A stretch of 64,000 nucleotides of DNA, taken from NCBI GenBank assembly GCA_963837465.1, contig CAWINB010000004.1, positions 793,078 to 857,077 of the forward strand, read 5' to 3'. The DNA comes from Candidatus Doudnabacteria bacterium (lineage in GTDB: Bacteria > Patescibacteriota > Doudnabacteria > UBA920). Shown piece after piece: positions 49,212-57,467 of this stretch; the stretch's first letter is position 1, and every line of letters starts with the position of its first letter. The notes under the pieces were generated by a model. The model did no database searches and was not told where the DNA came from. It saw nothing but the letters and a program-made list of their open reading frames with translations. The position numbers and the translations under genes are program-made.

Positions 49212-49265
49212 TCATCCCGGAATTTTTCGCGACAAGCCTATTGAAAGGAAAAATGTCCGGGATCC
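49212..49265. repeat. P2 hairpin element copy (CATCCCGGAATTTTT...AAAATGTCCGGGATCC)
   Basis: Matches 54535..54581 and the arms of 9362..9489. Confidence 0.55.
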
Positions 49266-49308
49266 AGAATCAAGCATGACCTTGATAAATCAGGACGGAA
49301 ACAACCCA

Positions 49309-49584
49309 TTACTTCTCCAGCATCTGCCTGAAACCGCCCTTTTTATTCATCAGTTCCCGCGAGCCGCGTGTTACAGTAGCCACGCTAACCTTAAGATTTT
49401 TGGCGATGTCCCTTTGGGGAACCTTTTGTTCCAGCTGTTTTACAATCTGCCAGCGCACAGCCAGGTCTTTATACTCGGCGGGGGACAGTAAATCGTACAA
49501 AAGCTCGTGCAACAAGGCTTTGCTTTTAGCCGCCTTAAACAACAAATTTTCCATCTCTACCCCGAATTTATAATCGTATTTCAT
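49309..49584 (-). CDS. TrpR-like YerC/YecD-family DNA-binding protein
   Basis: LLSPAEYKDLAVRWQIVKQL...RDIAKNLKVSVATVTRGSREL. Confidence 0.6.
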   Translation of the reverse strand: MKYDYKFGVEMENLLFKAAKSKALLHELLYDLLSPAEYKDLAVRWQIVKQLEQKVPQRDIAKNLKVSVATVTRGSRELMNKKGGFRQMLEK

Positions 49585-49603
49585 GGTATTTTCCTGTTCG
49601 TAA

Positions 49604-49629
49604 ATGTTACTGTACTAGTACAGTAACAT
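49604..49629. promoter_or_regulatory. 26-bp perfect palindrome ATGTTACTGTACTAGTACAGTAACAT, 20 nt upstream of the TrpR-like gene (candidate operator)
   Basis: Direct reading. Confidence 0.5.
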
Positions 49630-49710
49630 GGCCGCCGGAGACGGTCAACAGGCTTTTTATATGTGGATAACTTTGGCTTAGGTTCGATATTTTTTCAAAT
49701 TCGCGTGTTC

Positions 49711-49728
49711 TAGCGTACTAGTACGCTA
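49711..49728. promoter_or_regulatory. 18-bp perfect palindrome TAGCGTACTAGTACGCTA (same GTACTAGTAC core)
   Basis: Direct reading; immediately followed by TTGACG...TAGTAT promoter-like boxes. Confidence 0.45.
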
Positions 49729-50225
49729 TTGACGGCGGATTTTCCTTGATGTAGTATTAGCTTATGATTTTTCAAAAATCCCGACAATCTCAACTATCCT
49801 GGCGGCAGGTTTTGTAACCGCAAAGCCTGGGTTTTGATACACCTTCAAACACCTCCCGGCCTTTTGCGGAAGGTGTTTTTTATTTGTTCTGATGATTGTT
49901 CAGTATAAAAAAGTGTGGCCGCATTTTTTATCCATACGATCACCAGCACAAATCCAAACCAGGATAACAAGGGTGCTGTCTTGCCTGGAAATAAAAGAGG
50001 ATGGAATGCAGTTTTATTTTAGGTGTCGTTTTAGCCACAGGTCTGTCTCGAGAGGGGCATTGGCCAAAATTCTGCACTCTTCCCTGAAGAGTGTCACTTT
50101 GGAGATATTCCAAAGTGGCACGAGTAGCGAAAGAGCTACTCAAATTCAACGTTATGAAATGGAGGAGTTTCTTTATTGTTATTATCGCGCCAATGAGCGC
50201 GATCGGGATGTTAAGAATATACCTT

Positions 50226-50270
50226 CCGCCGTCCTGCGTAATTAGCAGGCTCCGGCGGTTCCATTTTTTT
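50226..50270 (+). terminator. Hairpin plus T-run terminator inside the gene-poor region
   Basis: ccgccgtcctgcgtaattagcaggctccggcgg ttccattttttt. Confidence 0.5.
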
Positions 50271-50561
50271 ATTTTAACGTTTGGATTTTAAAACTTGACA
50301 GTATTAATAGGTTTGCTAAGCTCTATTTAGATGAATAAATTGACTCAAAATTTCTGGTTTTATTTTTACTTTACCCTGGGCGTTGAGGCCAGAAATTTTG
50401 AGTTGATTAGTCCACAGATGAGCAGATAGCGCAAATTGCACAAATGCAAACATCAACTCCAAACTTCCGACCTCAACAGGGGTCGATTTTTTATTGGCCC
50501 GATAAAGATCGGATAGTAATAAAATTCAAAAATCCCGCTTTGCGGGTGGAGGATGGAATAA

Positions 50562-50762
50562 ATGGAAAGAAAAGAAATTATTGCGGCTACCAAAGACGCC
50601 GTTCCCGGGTCTCCGCAAGCAAAGACGTACGAGCTTGCGAGGGAAAACACGTCGGGGTTTGACGTTTGCGGCGCCTGCCACACATCTTTTCCGGAAAACT
50701 CCGGTGAAAGCTGTTGCGGCGTAATTACGGTAACCATTTTTTCTTTGGCATCAAATTGGTAG
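50562..50762 (+). CDS. Small Cys-containing ORF (66 aa) with a GGAGG Shine-Dalgarno
   Basis: GGAGG 9 nt upstream of the ATG; CGACH...CCG; no homology recognised. Confidence 0.3.
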   Translation: MERKEIIAATKDAVPGSPQAKTYELARENTSGFDVCGACHTSFPENSGESCCGVITVTIFSLASNW

Positions 50763-50858
50763 GTAGCCCTTATAGGGCAAGGAAAAAATTCTCGCAAGAG
50801 AGTATTTTCCTGGCCCCAAGAGGGGCGGATCAAAAAAGACAAAAGAAAGGAGGTGGGT

Positions 50859-50912
50859 ATGGGCAATCTGTCCCGAGTTCAATTAACCCGAGCTGAAAGC
50901 GGGTCGCGATAA
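50859..50912 (+). CDS. 17-aa ORF (MGNLSRVQLTRAESGSR) behind a perfect 10-nt anti-16S SD (AAAGGAGGTG), followed by a terminator
   Basis: Direct reading; this strength of SD is otherwise absent from the window. Confidence 0.25.
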   Translation: MGNLSRVQLTRAESGSR

Positions 50913-50923
50913 TTCTTTCAGCA

Positions 50924-50958
50924 CGGCCGGTCCTATTTTTTGGACCGGCATTTTTTTA
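50924..50958 (+). terminator. Rho-independent terminator
   Basis: ggccggtcctattttttggaccggcattttttt. Confidence 0.6.
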
Positions 50959-51113
50959 TACAATAGTTCTGAGTTTTGGCATTTTAACAGCCGATAAATC
51001 GGCTAACTACATCGGGCTAATCCACTTTACAAACCCTTCTTTCGGACAGCTTTTATTTATGAGTGGATTCTGTTATAATATCAACATGTAATTTTAATTA
51101 GATTATCCAGATT

Positions 51114-51153
51114 GCCGATAAATACCGTAGGACGACACAAGTCGGCGCGCTAC
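51114..51153. promoter_or_regulatory. P4 motif split by a 19-nt insert (GCCGATAAAT[accgtaggacgacacaagt]CGGCGCGCTAC) in the secA leader
   Basis: Alignment to 738..758 and 24407..24427; preceded by TGTTATAAT extended -10 at 51071-51079. Confidence 0.5.
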
Positions 51154-51156
51154 ACT

Positions 51157-53905
51157 ATGTCATTTTTATCCAAAATTTTCAGCGGACAAAACAATTCCCT
51201 CGCCAAATTTTCCGGGGAGCTGGACGCGGTTAATGGTTTTAAGGAAGATGTGGAAAAACTTTCCCAGGAAGAGATTAAAGCGGAAATTTCAAATTTCAAA
51301 TTGGAAATTTCAAAGCTCGAATCGGACAGGGAAATTTTCGAGCAGCTGCAAAAAATCGCGTCGCGGGTTTTTGCCTTGACCAGGGAAGCGGCCAAAAGAA
51401 GCATCGGGCAGGAGCACTACGATGTGCAGCTGGCCGGAGGTTTTGTTTTGGCCGAAGGCAAGATCGCGGAAATGAAGACCGGCGAGGGGAAAACCTTAAC
51501 CGCTACTTTGCCTTTGGCTCTGTACGCTTTAGCCAGCAAAGGCGCGCACCTGGTTACGGTTAACGATTACCTGGCCCGCTGGCAGGCCAGCTTAATGGGT
51601 CCGGTTTACCGCTACCTTGGTTTGAGCGTGGCTTCCATCCAGCACGAAGCCAGTTTTTTATATGATCCTGACTACAAACCCGAGCAGGAAGAAATAGATA
51701 AGCTGGAAGGTGAAACCCAGGGGCTGATTATGGACGTTAAGCATATGCGCCCCATTTCCAGGCGGGAAGCTTACGCCGCGGAGATAACTTACGGCACCAA
51801 CAACGAATACGGTTTTGATTACCTGCGCGACAATATGGCCCAGCACCAAAACCAAATTACCCAGCGCGGACTTTTGTTTGCCATTGTGGACGAGGTAGAC
51901 AGCATATTGATAGATGAAGCGCGCACGCCGCTCATTATCAGCGCTCCGGACACCGAGCCGACCAGCAAGTATTACGACTTCGCGCGTTTGGTGGACGGCC
52001 TGGATGAAGCTACGGATTACACCGTGGATGAAAAACACAAAGCCGCCAGCTTAACCGACTCCGGCATCAACAAAATAGAAGCGTTGCTGAAAATCCCGAA
52101 TATTTATGATACCAGCAAAGGCGTTACAACCATCCACCATATTGAACAGGCTTTGCGCTCAAGAACTTTGTTTAAAAAGGACCGCGACTATGTGGTGCGC
52201 GAGGGTGAAATAATCATCGTCGATGAATTTACCGGCAGGCTGATGTTCGGCAGGCGCTACAGCGAAGGTTTGCACCAGGCCATAGAAGCCAAGGAAAATG
52301 TTAAAATTCAGCAGGAAAGCAAAACACTGGCTACAATAACTTTCCAAAACCTTTTTCGGCTTTATAAAAGACTTTCCGGCATGACGGGCACGGCCAAAAC
52401 CGAAGAAGAAGAATTTTTTAAAATTTATCAGCTGACCGTGCGGCAAATCCCGACCCACCGCCCCATGGTGCGCGAGGATTTGTCGGACTTGGTTTATAAA
52501 ACCGAAGACGCCAAATTCAGCGCCATAGCGCGCGAGGTCAAACAGCGGAACCAAAAGGGCCAGCCTGTGCTTATTGGCACCGTCAGCATCGCCAAAAACG
52601 AAATGCTGGCCGAGGTTTTAAAAAAAGAAGGGCTGAAGTTTGAAATTTTAAACGCCAAAAACCACGAACGCGAAGCGCACATTATTTCCCAGGCCGGACG
52701 CTTTGGGCAAATTACTCTGGCCACCAACATTGCCGGACGCGGCGTGGATATTTTACTTGGCGGCAATCCTGTTGATGATGAAGAAGCCGAAAAAGTCAAG
52801 CAGGCCGGCGGTTTGCATATTTTGGGCACGGAAAGGCACGAGTCGCGCCGCATAGACAACCAGTTGCGCGGCCGCGCCGGCCGCCAGGGCGACCCGGGAA
52901 GTTCGCAATTTTTTGTTTCCATGGAAGACGACCTGATGCGTTTGTTCGGCGGCGAGCGCATGAAAAATTTAATGACCAGGCTGGGCTTGCCGGACGAGCA
53001 GCCGATTGAGGCGGGGATGGTTTCCAAATCCATCGAAAGCGCGCAAAAAAGAATAGAAGGCCTGAACTTTGACACCAGAAAACACGTATTGGAATTTGAT
53101 GATGTGCTCAACCATCAAAGAAACGTAATTTACAAAAGGCGGCGGGGTTATCTGGCGGGGAACAATACCAAAGATGAAGATGGCAATGACATCAGCCTTT
53201 CCAATGAAATTTTAGAGATGATTCGCCAGGAAATCGGCGGCATTGTAAGCTACAACCTCAACCTGCTGGATGAATACGGCGGCAAAAAAGAGGACTGGGA
53301 CAATTTATTTAAAAATGCCAACATAATTATTCCGGTAACTCCGGAGCTGGTAAAACAGATTAAGGAAGAAACCGTTAACGCCGCTGATCGTGAATTCGCC
53401 GTCAGCGATGCCTTGTACAACGCGGCTAAAAAATTATGGGACCAAAAAGAACAGGAAATGGGCAAAGATGTGTTTGAAGGCGCGCAAAGGTTTATTGCCC
53501 TGCAGTCACTGGACCAGTTATGGATGGAGCATTTGGATACATATGGACCATTTGCGCGACTCGGTAAGGCTGCGCGGTTACGGCCAGCGGGACCCGCTGG
53601 TGGAGTATAAAAAAGAAGGTCACGGTATGTTCCAGCTGCTGCTTAAGGAGATTAGCAAACAAATTGTTTCCAGTATTTTTCACATCACAGCGCAAAGAGC
53701 TCCGCTTCCTTCGGTAATACCGGCCAATTTGGTAACAAATTTATCCGATGGCTCCTCGGGCCAAAATTCGTCGCCTGCCGAAAATATCGGCCGCAACGAG
53801 CCGTGCCCCTGCGGCTCCGGAAAAAAGTGGAAGAAATGCGGAATGTTAAACACGCCGGAGCATTTAGCAAAGATAAAAACAAAATCCCTAATCCCTAATC
53901 CCTAA
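51157..53905 (+). CDS. secA: Preprotein translocase ATPase SecA, +1 frameshift near 53542 (probably a sequencing indel), SEC-C zinc motif at the C-terminus
   Basis: DEAD motor domains; ORF 51112..53610 ends ...WMEHLDTY, then frame 2 continues MDHLRDSVRLRGYGQRDPLVEYKKEG...CPCGSGKKWKKCG. Confidence 0.85.
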
Positions 53906-53911
53906 TCCCTA
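53884..53911. repeat. Heptamer tandem repeat ATCCCTA x4 ending 4 nt before a start codon
   Basis: atccctaatccctaatccctaatcccta, then cttt ATG. Confidence 0.85.
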
Positions 53912-53915
53912 CTTT

Positions 53916-54203
53916 ATGCCCAACGATTACATAAAAAAAGAACCTTCAAAAACCGAAAAAATGCTGTACGAATTGGCCATGAGCCAGCATCAGTTGGAAA
54001 AAGGTTTGTGGTCAACATCAACCGTGGTTATGGCTTTGGCTGTTTTAAGCAATGCCAAGCCGGACGATGTTGCCAAGCTGATGTTTGACGATGTCAGAAT
54101 TAAGGAATTCAGCGACAAGGTCAACGAAGCCATAAAAAAGCTGCGGGCCGAAAAAGACCAAAAAGCCGAAATCCCGCAAGAGTTTGACAAAAAATCGGAA
54201 TAG
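53916..54203 (+). CDS. Hypothetical small protein (95 aa)
   Basis: ORF with one hydrophobic segment; no recognisable domain. Confidence 0.5.
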   Translation: MPNDYIKKEPSKTEKMLYELAMSQHQLEKGLWSTSTVVMALAVLSNAKPDDVAKLMFDDVRIKEFSDKVNEAIKKLRAEKDQKAEIPQEFDKKSE

Positions 54204-54218
54204 TTTTAACTTAAATGT

Positions 54219-54467
54219 ATGGAAAATCAAAACTTTCAACCCATATTTGATTATATTGATGAAAAGTTTACGAACCTGGAAACGGGGCTACTTTCAGATA
54301 TGGCCACTAAGGCGGATATTGAAAGAGTTATAAATACCATAGATGCTCTTGCAAAAATGACAAAAGATAATGATGACAGACTTACTATTGTAGAAAATAA
54401 GTCTGAGCGTATTGAACATTGGGTTATGAAAGCCGCTGAGAAAACCGAAATTCCCTACAAATCTTAA
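54219..54467 (+). CDS. Hypothetical small helical protein (82 aa)
   Basis: ORF only. Confidence 0.45.
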   Translation: MENQNFQPIFDYIDEKFTNLETGLLSDMATKADIERVINTIDALAKMTKDNDDRLTIVENKSERIEHWVMKAAEKTEIPYKS

Positions 54468-54534
54468 GCCAAAATGCAAAAATAAAAGCAATCTGGTATA
54501 ATCAAGCCAGGTTGTTTTTAGTTGATTGCCTGTT

Positions 54535-54581
54535 CCATCCCGGAATTTTTAAGGGCCTTATCTTAAAAATATCCGGGATCC
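54535..54581. repeat. P2 hairpin element copy, upstream of the GNAT gene
   Basis: ccatcccggaatttttaagggccttatcttaaaaatatccgggatcc. Confidence 0.55.
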
Positions 54582-54600
54582 AGTACGGAGAATTAATTGT

Positions 54601-55125
54601 ATGCCTAAGTTAGTATTGCCCTCGGCCGAATATAAAAAAAGTTTTCTGGAGGACTTTTTGACGCGAGAGGAAATGCAGGATGAGTATTCCTTAACCGGAA
54701 TTTCAAAACAACAAGTTCCAAAGAATTTTAAGTTATTTTTGAAAAAATTACGGCAACAGGAAAAAGGAATTTATCCCGTAAAAGGATTGGTGCCTCAAAC
54801 TGTATTTTGGCTGGTAGACGGAAAAAAATTCATTGGTAAAACCGGGATTCGACATAAATTAAACCACCACTTAAAAACAGTCGGCGGCCACATAGGTTAT
54901 TACATCCGCCCGACCGAAAGGCAGAAAGGTTACGGGAAAATTATTCTAAAACTGGCATTGCGCAAAGCCAAAGCCTTGGGAATTAAGGACGCCGTAGTCA
55001 CCTGCGACATTACCAATTTGGGATCTAAAAAAATTATAGAATCCAACGGCGGCAGGTTAATGGCCAAAGTCAAAATGGGCAAACGCCTGCCGGATAAATT
55101 AAGGTATAGGATAAAGCTCTCATGA
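54601..55125 (+). CDS. GNAT-family N-acetyltransferase
   Basis: RQKGYGKIILKLALRKAKALG acetyl-CoA-binding motif. Confidence 0.6.
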   Translation: MPKLVLPSAEYKKSFLEDFLTREEMQDEYSLTGISKQQVPKNFKLFLKKLRQQEKGIYPVKGLVPQTVFWLVDGKKFIGKTGIRHKLNHHLKTVGGHIGYYIRPTERQKGYGKIILKLALRKAKALGIKDAVVTCDITNLGSKKIIESNGGRLMAKVKMGKRLPDKLRYRIKLS

Positions 55126-55185
55126 ACACTTTTTCTGCTCTGGGTACAGGATTATTTTTATAGTGTAAAAAGTTTTTTTAATGCT

Positions 55186-55797
55186 TTGGCAAGGCCGGGT
55201 CTGGAAGCGGAGTTTAACGATAAAATTTTGGGGAAGGCTCCGATTATTTTGGTTCCCGGTATTGTGGAAAGGTGGAATATTTTCCGTTTCGCGGCCGTCA
55301 GGCTTAGGGATAACGGCCATCCTGTTTATGAAGTTAAAGGTCTTGGCTGGAATTTCATGCCGGTTGAACGGGGCGCGCGGTTGATAAGAAAAATGATTGA
55401 CTGCAATAATCTGGAAAATGTGGTTTTGCTTACCCACAGCAAAGGCGGGCTGATCGGCAAATACGCGCTGGCTTTTTTAAATTCCGACCAAAAAATAAAA
55501 AAAGTCATAGCTATAGCCACGCCCTTTGCCGGTTCAGCTTTGGCGGAAAAAATTCCGCTGGACCCCAACCGTGAGCTAATTCCCGGCTCCGAGGTTTTAA
55601 GGACGCTTGATAACTATCCCGCGCTTAATTCGCAAATAACCTGCGTTTATCCCGTGTGGGACAATCATATTCAGCCTCTGGAAAGCTGCGCGCTGGAAGG
55701 CGCCCAAAACATCCAAGTGGACGTTTTGGGCCACCATAAAATAATTTATGGAAAAGCTACTGAAGACATAATATTAAAATTGGCGGATGATGTTTGA
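55186..55797 (+). CDS. Alpha/beta hydrolase (lipase/esterase-like)
   Basis: LLTHSKGGLIG nucleophile elbow (GxSxG variant). Confidence 0.65.
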   Translation: MARPGLEAEFNDKILGKAPIILVPGIVERWNIFRFAAVRLRDNGHPVYEVKGLGWNFMPVERGARLIRKMIDCNNLENVVLLTHSKGGLIGKYALAFLNSDQKIKKVIAIATPFAGSALAEKIPLDPNRELIPGSEVLRTLDNYPALNSQITCVYPVWDNHIQPLESCALEGAQNIQVDVLGHHKIIYGKATEDIILKLADDV

Positions 55798-56378
55798 TTT
55801 TTATGAAGATAATCGGGATAACAGGCCCTCATGGCGCGGGTAAAGACACTTTAATTAGGGAGATTGTTGCCCGGTTTGGAAAAACACATCCGGGGCTTTT
55901 AAGCAGGGCTGTTAATATTTATACGCGGAAACCAAGAGCTGATGAGATGCTTGGGGTTGATGTTTTTATTGCCGATGAACAGGAATTTATGGAAATGGTA
56001 AAGCGCGGGGAGATTAGCTATTATGAACATGTGGCCGATTATTTGGCAGGAACTTTAGTTAGTGAGCTCAAAAAGTCCCAAGCCGTTATTGTAAACATTA
56101 CTTTAACGGGCATAACCGGGAATAGGGGAATTTTTGATCCAAAAAAGGACAAAGTCCTGACAATATACGTTACCGCGCCGCTTAAACAAAGAAGGCAAAG
56201 GATATTGGCCCGTAATCCCCATATACCGACCGATCAACTGGAGTTTAAGCTGGCCAAAGACCCGAGCGCCAATTTGGACCCGAAAGAGTTTGATTTGGTA
56301 GTGGAAAACTTAGATGGTGATTTTAATTTAACGGTTGATACTATTTACTCGGCAATAAGTGAATTTTTAAATAGTTAA
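55794..56378 (+). CDS. P-loop nucleoside/nucleotide kinase-like protein
   Basis: GITGPHGAGKDTL Walker A. Confidence 0.5.
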   Translation: MIFMKIIGITGPHGAGKDTLIREIVARFGKTHPGLLSRAVNIYTRKPRADEMLGVDVFIADEQEFMEMVKRGEISYYEHVADYLAGTLVSELKKSQAVIVNITLTGITGNRGIFDPKKDKVLTIYVTAPLKQRRQRILARNPHIPTDQLEFKLAKDPSANLDPKEFDLVVENLDGDFNLTVDTIYSAISEFLNS

Positions 56379-56388
56379 CTTTCGCCAC

Positions 56389-56844
56389 ATGGAGATAAAG
56401 CAAAGGCCAAAAGTTGGTATCGCGGTTTATATTTTAAATCATAAAAACCAGGTTTTATTAATGTTAAGAAAAGCTGTCGCAGGGGCAGGTACTTGGTGTC
56501 CGCCCGGTGGCCATTTGGAAATGGGGGAAGAATTTTTTGACTGCGTCAGGCGCGAATCCAAGGAAGAAGTGGGTTTGGCTATTGAAAGCGCGAAGCTCTG
56601 GGCGGTAAATAATAATATTATGGGACCCGAAAGGCATTATGTGAACTTGGATTTTGTGGCTACTGTCTGGCGAGGCGAGCCTAAAAATCTTGAGCCCAAA
56701 AAATGCGAAAAAGTAGAATGGTTTGATTTAAACAACCTGCCCAAACCTTTAATGGAGCCAACGGAGAATTTTTTTAAACAAAATCCTCTCTGCGTTTGCC
56801 AAAGCGGGAAAAAATATTTAGACTGCCATGGGAATAATAATTAA
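56389..56844 (+). CDS. NUDIX hydrolase with a C-terminal SEC-C-type zinc motif
   Basis: Nudix box GGHLEMGEEFFDCVRRESKEEVGL; tail CVCQSGKKYLDCHG. Confidence 0.8.
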   Translation: MEIKQRPKVGIAVYILNHKNQVLLMLRKAVAGAGTWCPPGGHLEMGEEFFDCVRRESKEEVGLAIESAKLWAVNNNIMGPERHYVNLDFVATVWRGEPKNLEPKKCEKVEWFDLNNLPKPLMEPTENFFKQNPLCVCQSGKKYLDCHGNNN

Positions 56845-56845
56845 G

Positions 56846-56883
56846 TATTACGCAATTCTGACGGCCGTCAAAATCGTGTAATA
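56846..56883. terminator. Hairpin with an ACGGCCGT centre (P3 family, deletion-variant of 23645..23680)
   Basis: tattacgcaattctgACGGCCGTcaaaatcgtgtaata. Confidence 0.5.
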
Positions 56884-56894
56884 CAAAATAGCTT

Positions 56895-57458
56895 ATGCTC
56901 AAGTTTATCACAGGAAATAAAAATAAGTTTTTGGAAGTTCAAAGAGTTTTGGCGCCTTTAAAAATCAGCCCGTCGAAGATAGATTTGGACGAAATTCAGG
57001 ACTTGGACCCATATAAGGTTATTCGGCATAAATTAAACCAGGCGCTTAAGCATAAAACGCCCGATTTTTTTATAGAAGATACGTCGCTGGTTTTTAAAGG
57101 CTTAAGCAGCCGGCTGCCTGGCACTTATATAAAGTTCTTTTTGGATGAGCTGGGCGCGGAGGGTTTATTTAAATTTGTAAAAAAAATGGGCAACCCAAAT
57201 TTTGAAATGCGGACTATAATCGCGTACGTACAAAATAACAGGAAGGTTAATTTTTTTGAAGGCAAGCTAAAAGGGATAGTTGTCGCGCCCAAAGGCAGCG
57301 GCGGATTTGGCCTGGATCCTATTTTAAAACCCATGGGATCAAAAATGACTTTGGCTGAATTAAAAGCTTTGGAAAAATACCAGTTAAGTACCCGCTATAA
57401 AGCGGCTTTCAAATTTAAACAATTTTTAATAAAAAATGGTACAATATTGAAACAGTAA
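56895..57458 (+). CDS. rdgB: Non-canonical purine NTP pyrophosphatase (RdgB/HAM1)
   Basis: MLKFITGNKNKFLEVQRVL...FIEDTSLVF. Confidence 0.8.
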   Translation: MLKFITGNKNKFLEVQRVLAPLKISPSKIDLDEIQDLDPYKVIRHKLNQALKHKTPDFFIEDTSLVFKGLSSRLPGTYIKFFLDELGAEGLFKFVKKMGNPNFEMRTIIAYVQNNRKVNFFEGKLKGIVVAPKGSGGFGLDPILKPMGSKMTLAELKALEKYQLSTRYKAAFKFKQFLIKNGTILKQ

Positions 57459-57467
57459 TAATATCTT

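Noticed and set aside
49892-50245. 117-aa ORF 49892..50245 as a protein-coding gene
   Set aside because: Spans three consecutive RNA-like stem-loops and a terminator hairpin. The translation is low-complexity with no SD or homology. More likely non-coding.
45216-53111. Long antisense ORFs within patatin, murC and secA (45216..45788, 46296..46766, 52494..53111)
   Set aside because: Fully embedded in well-supported plus-strand genes; composition-driven.
29435-53911. CRISPR array
   Set aside because: Repeat units are 7 nt without spacers, and no cas genes are present. These are simple tandem repeats.
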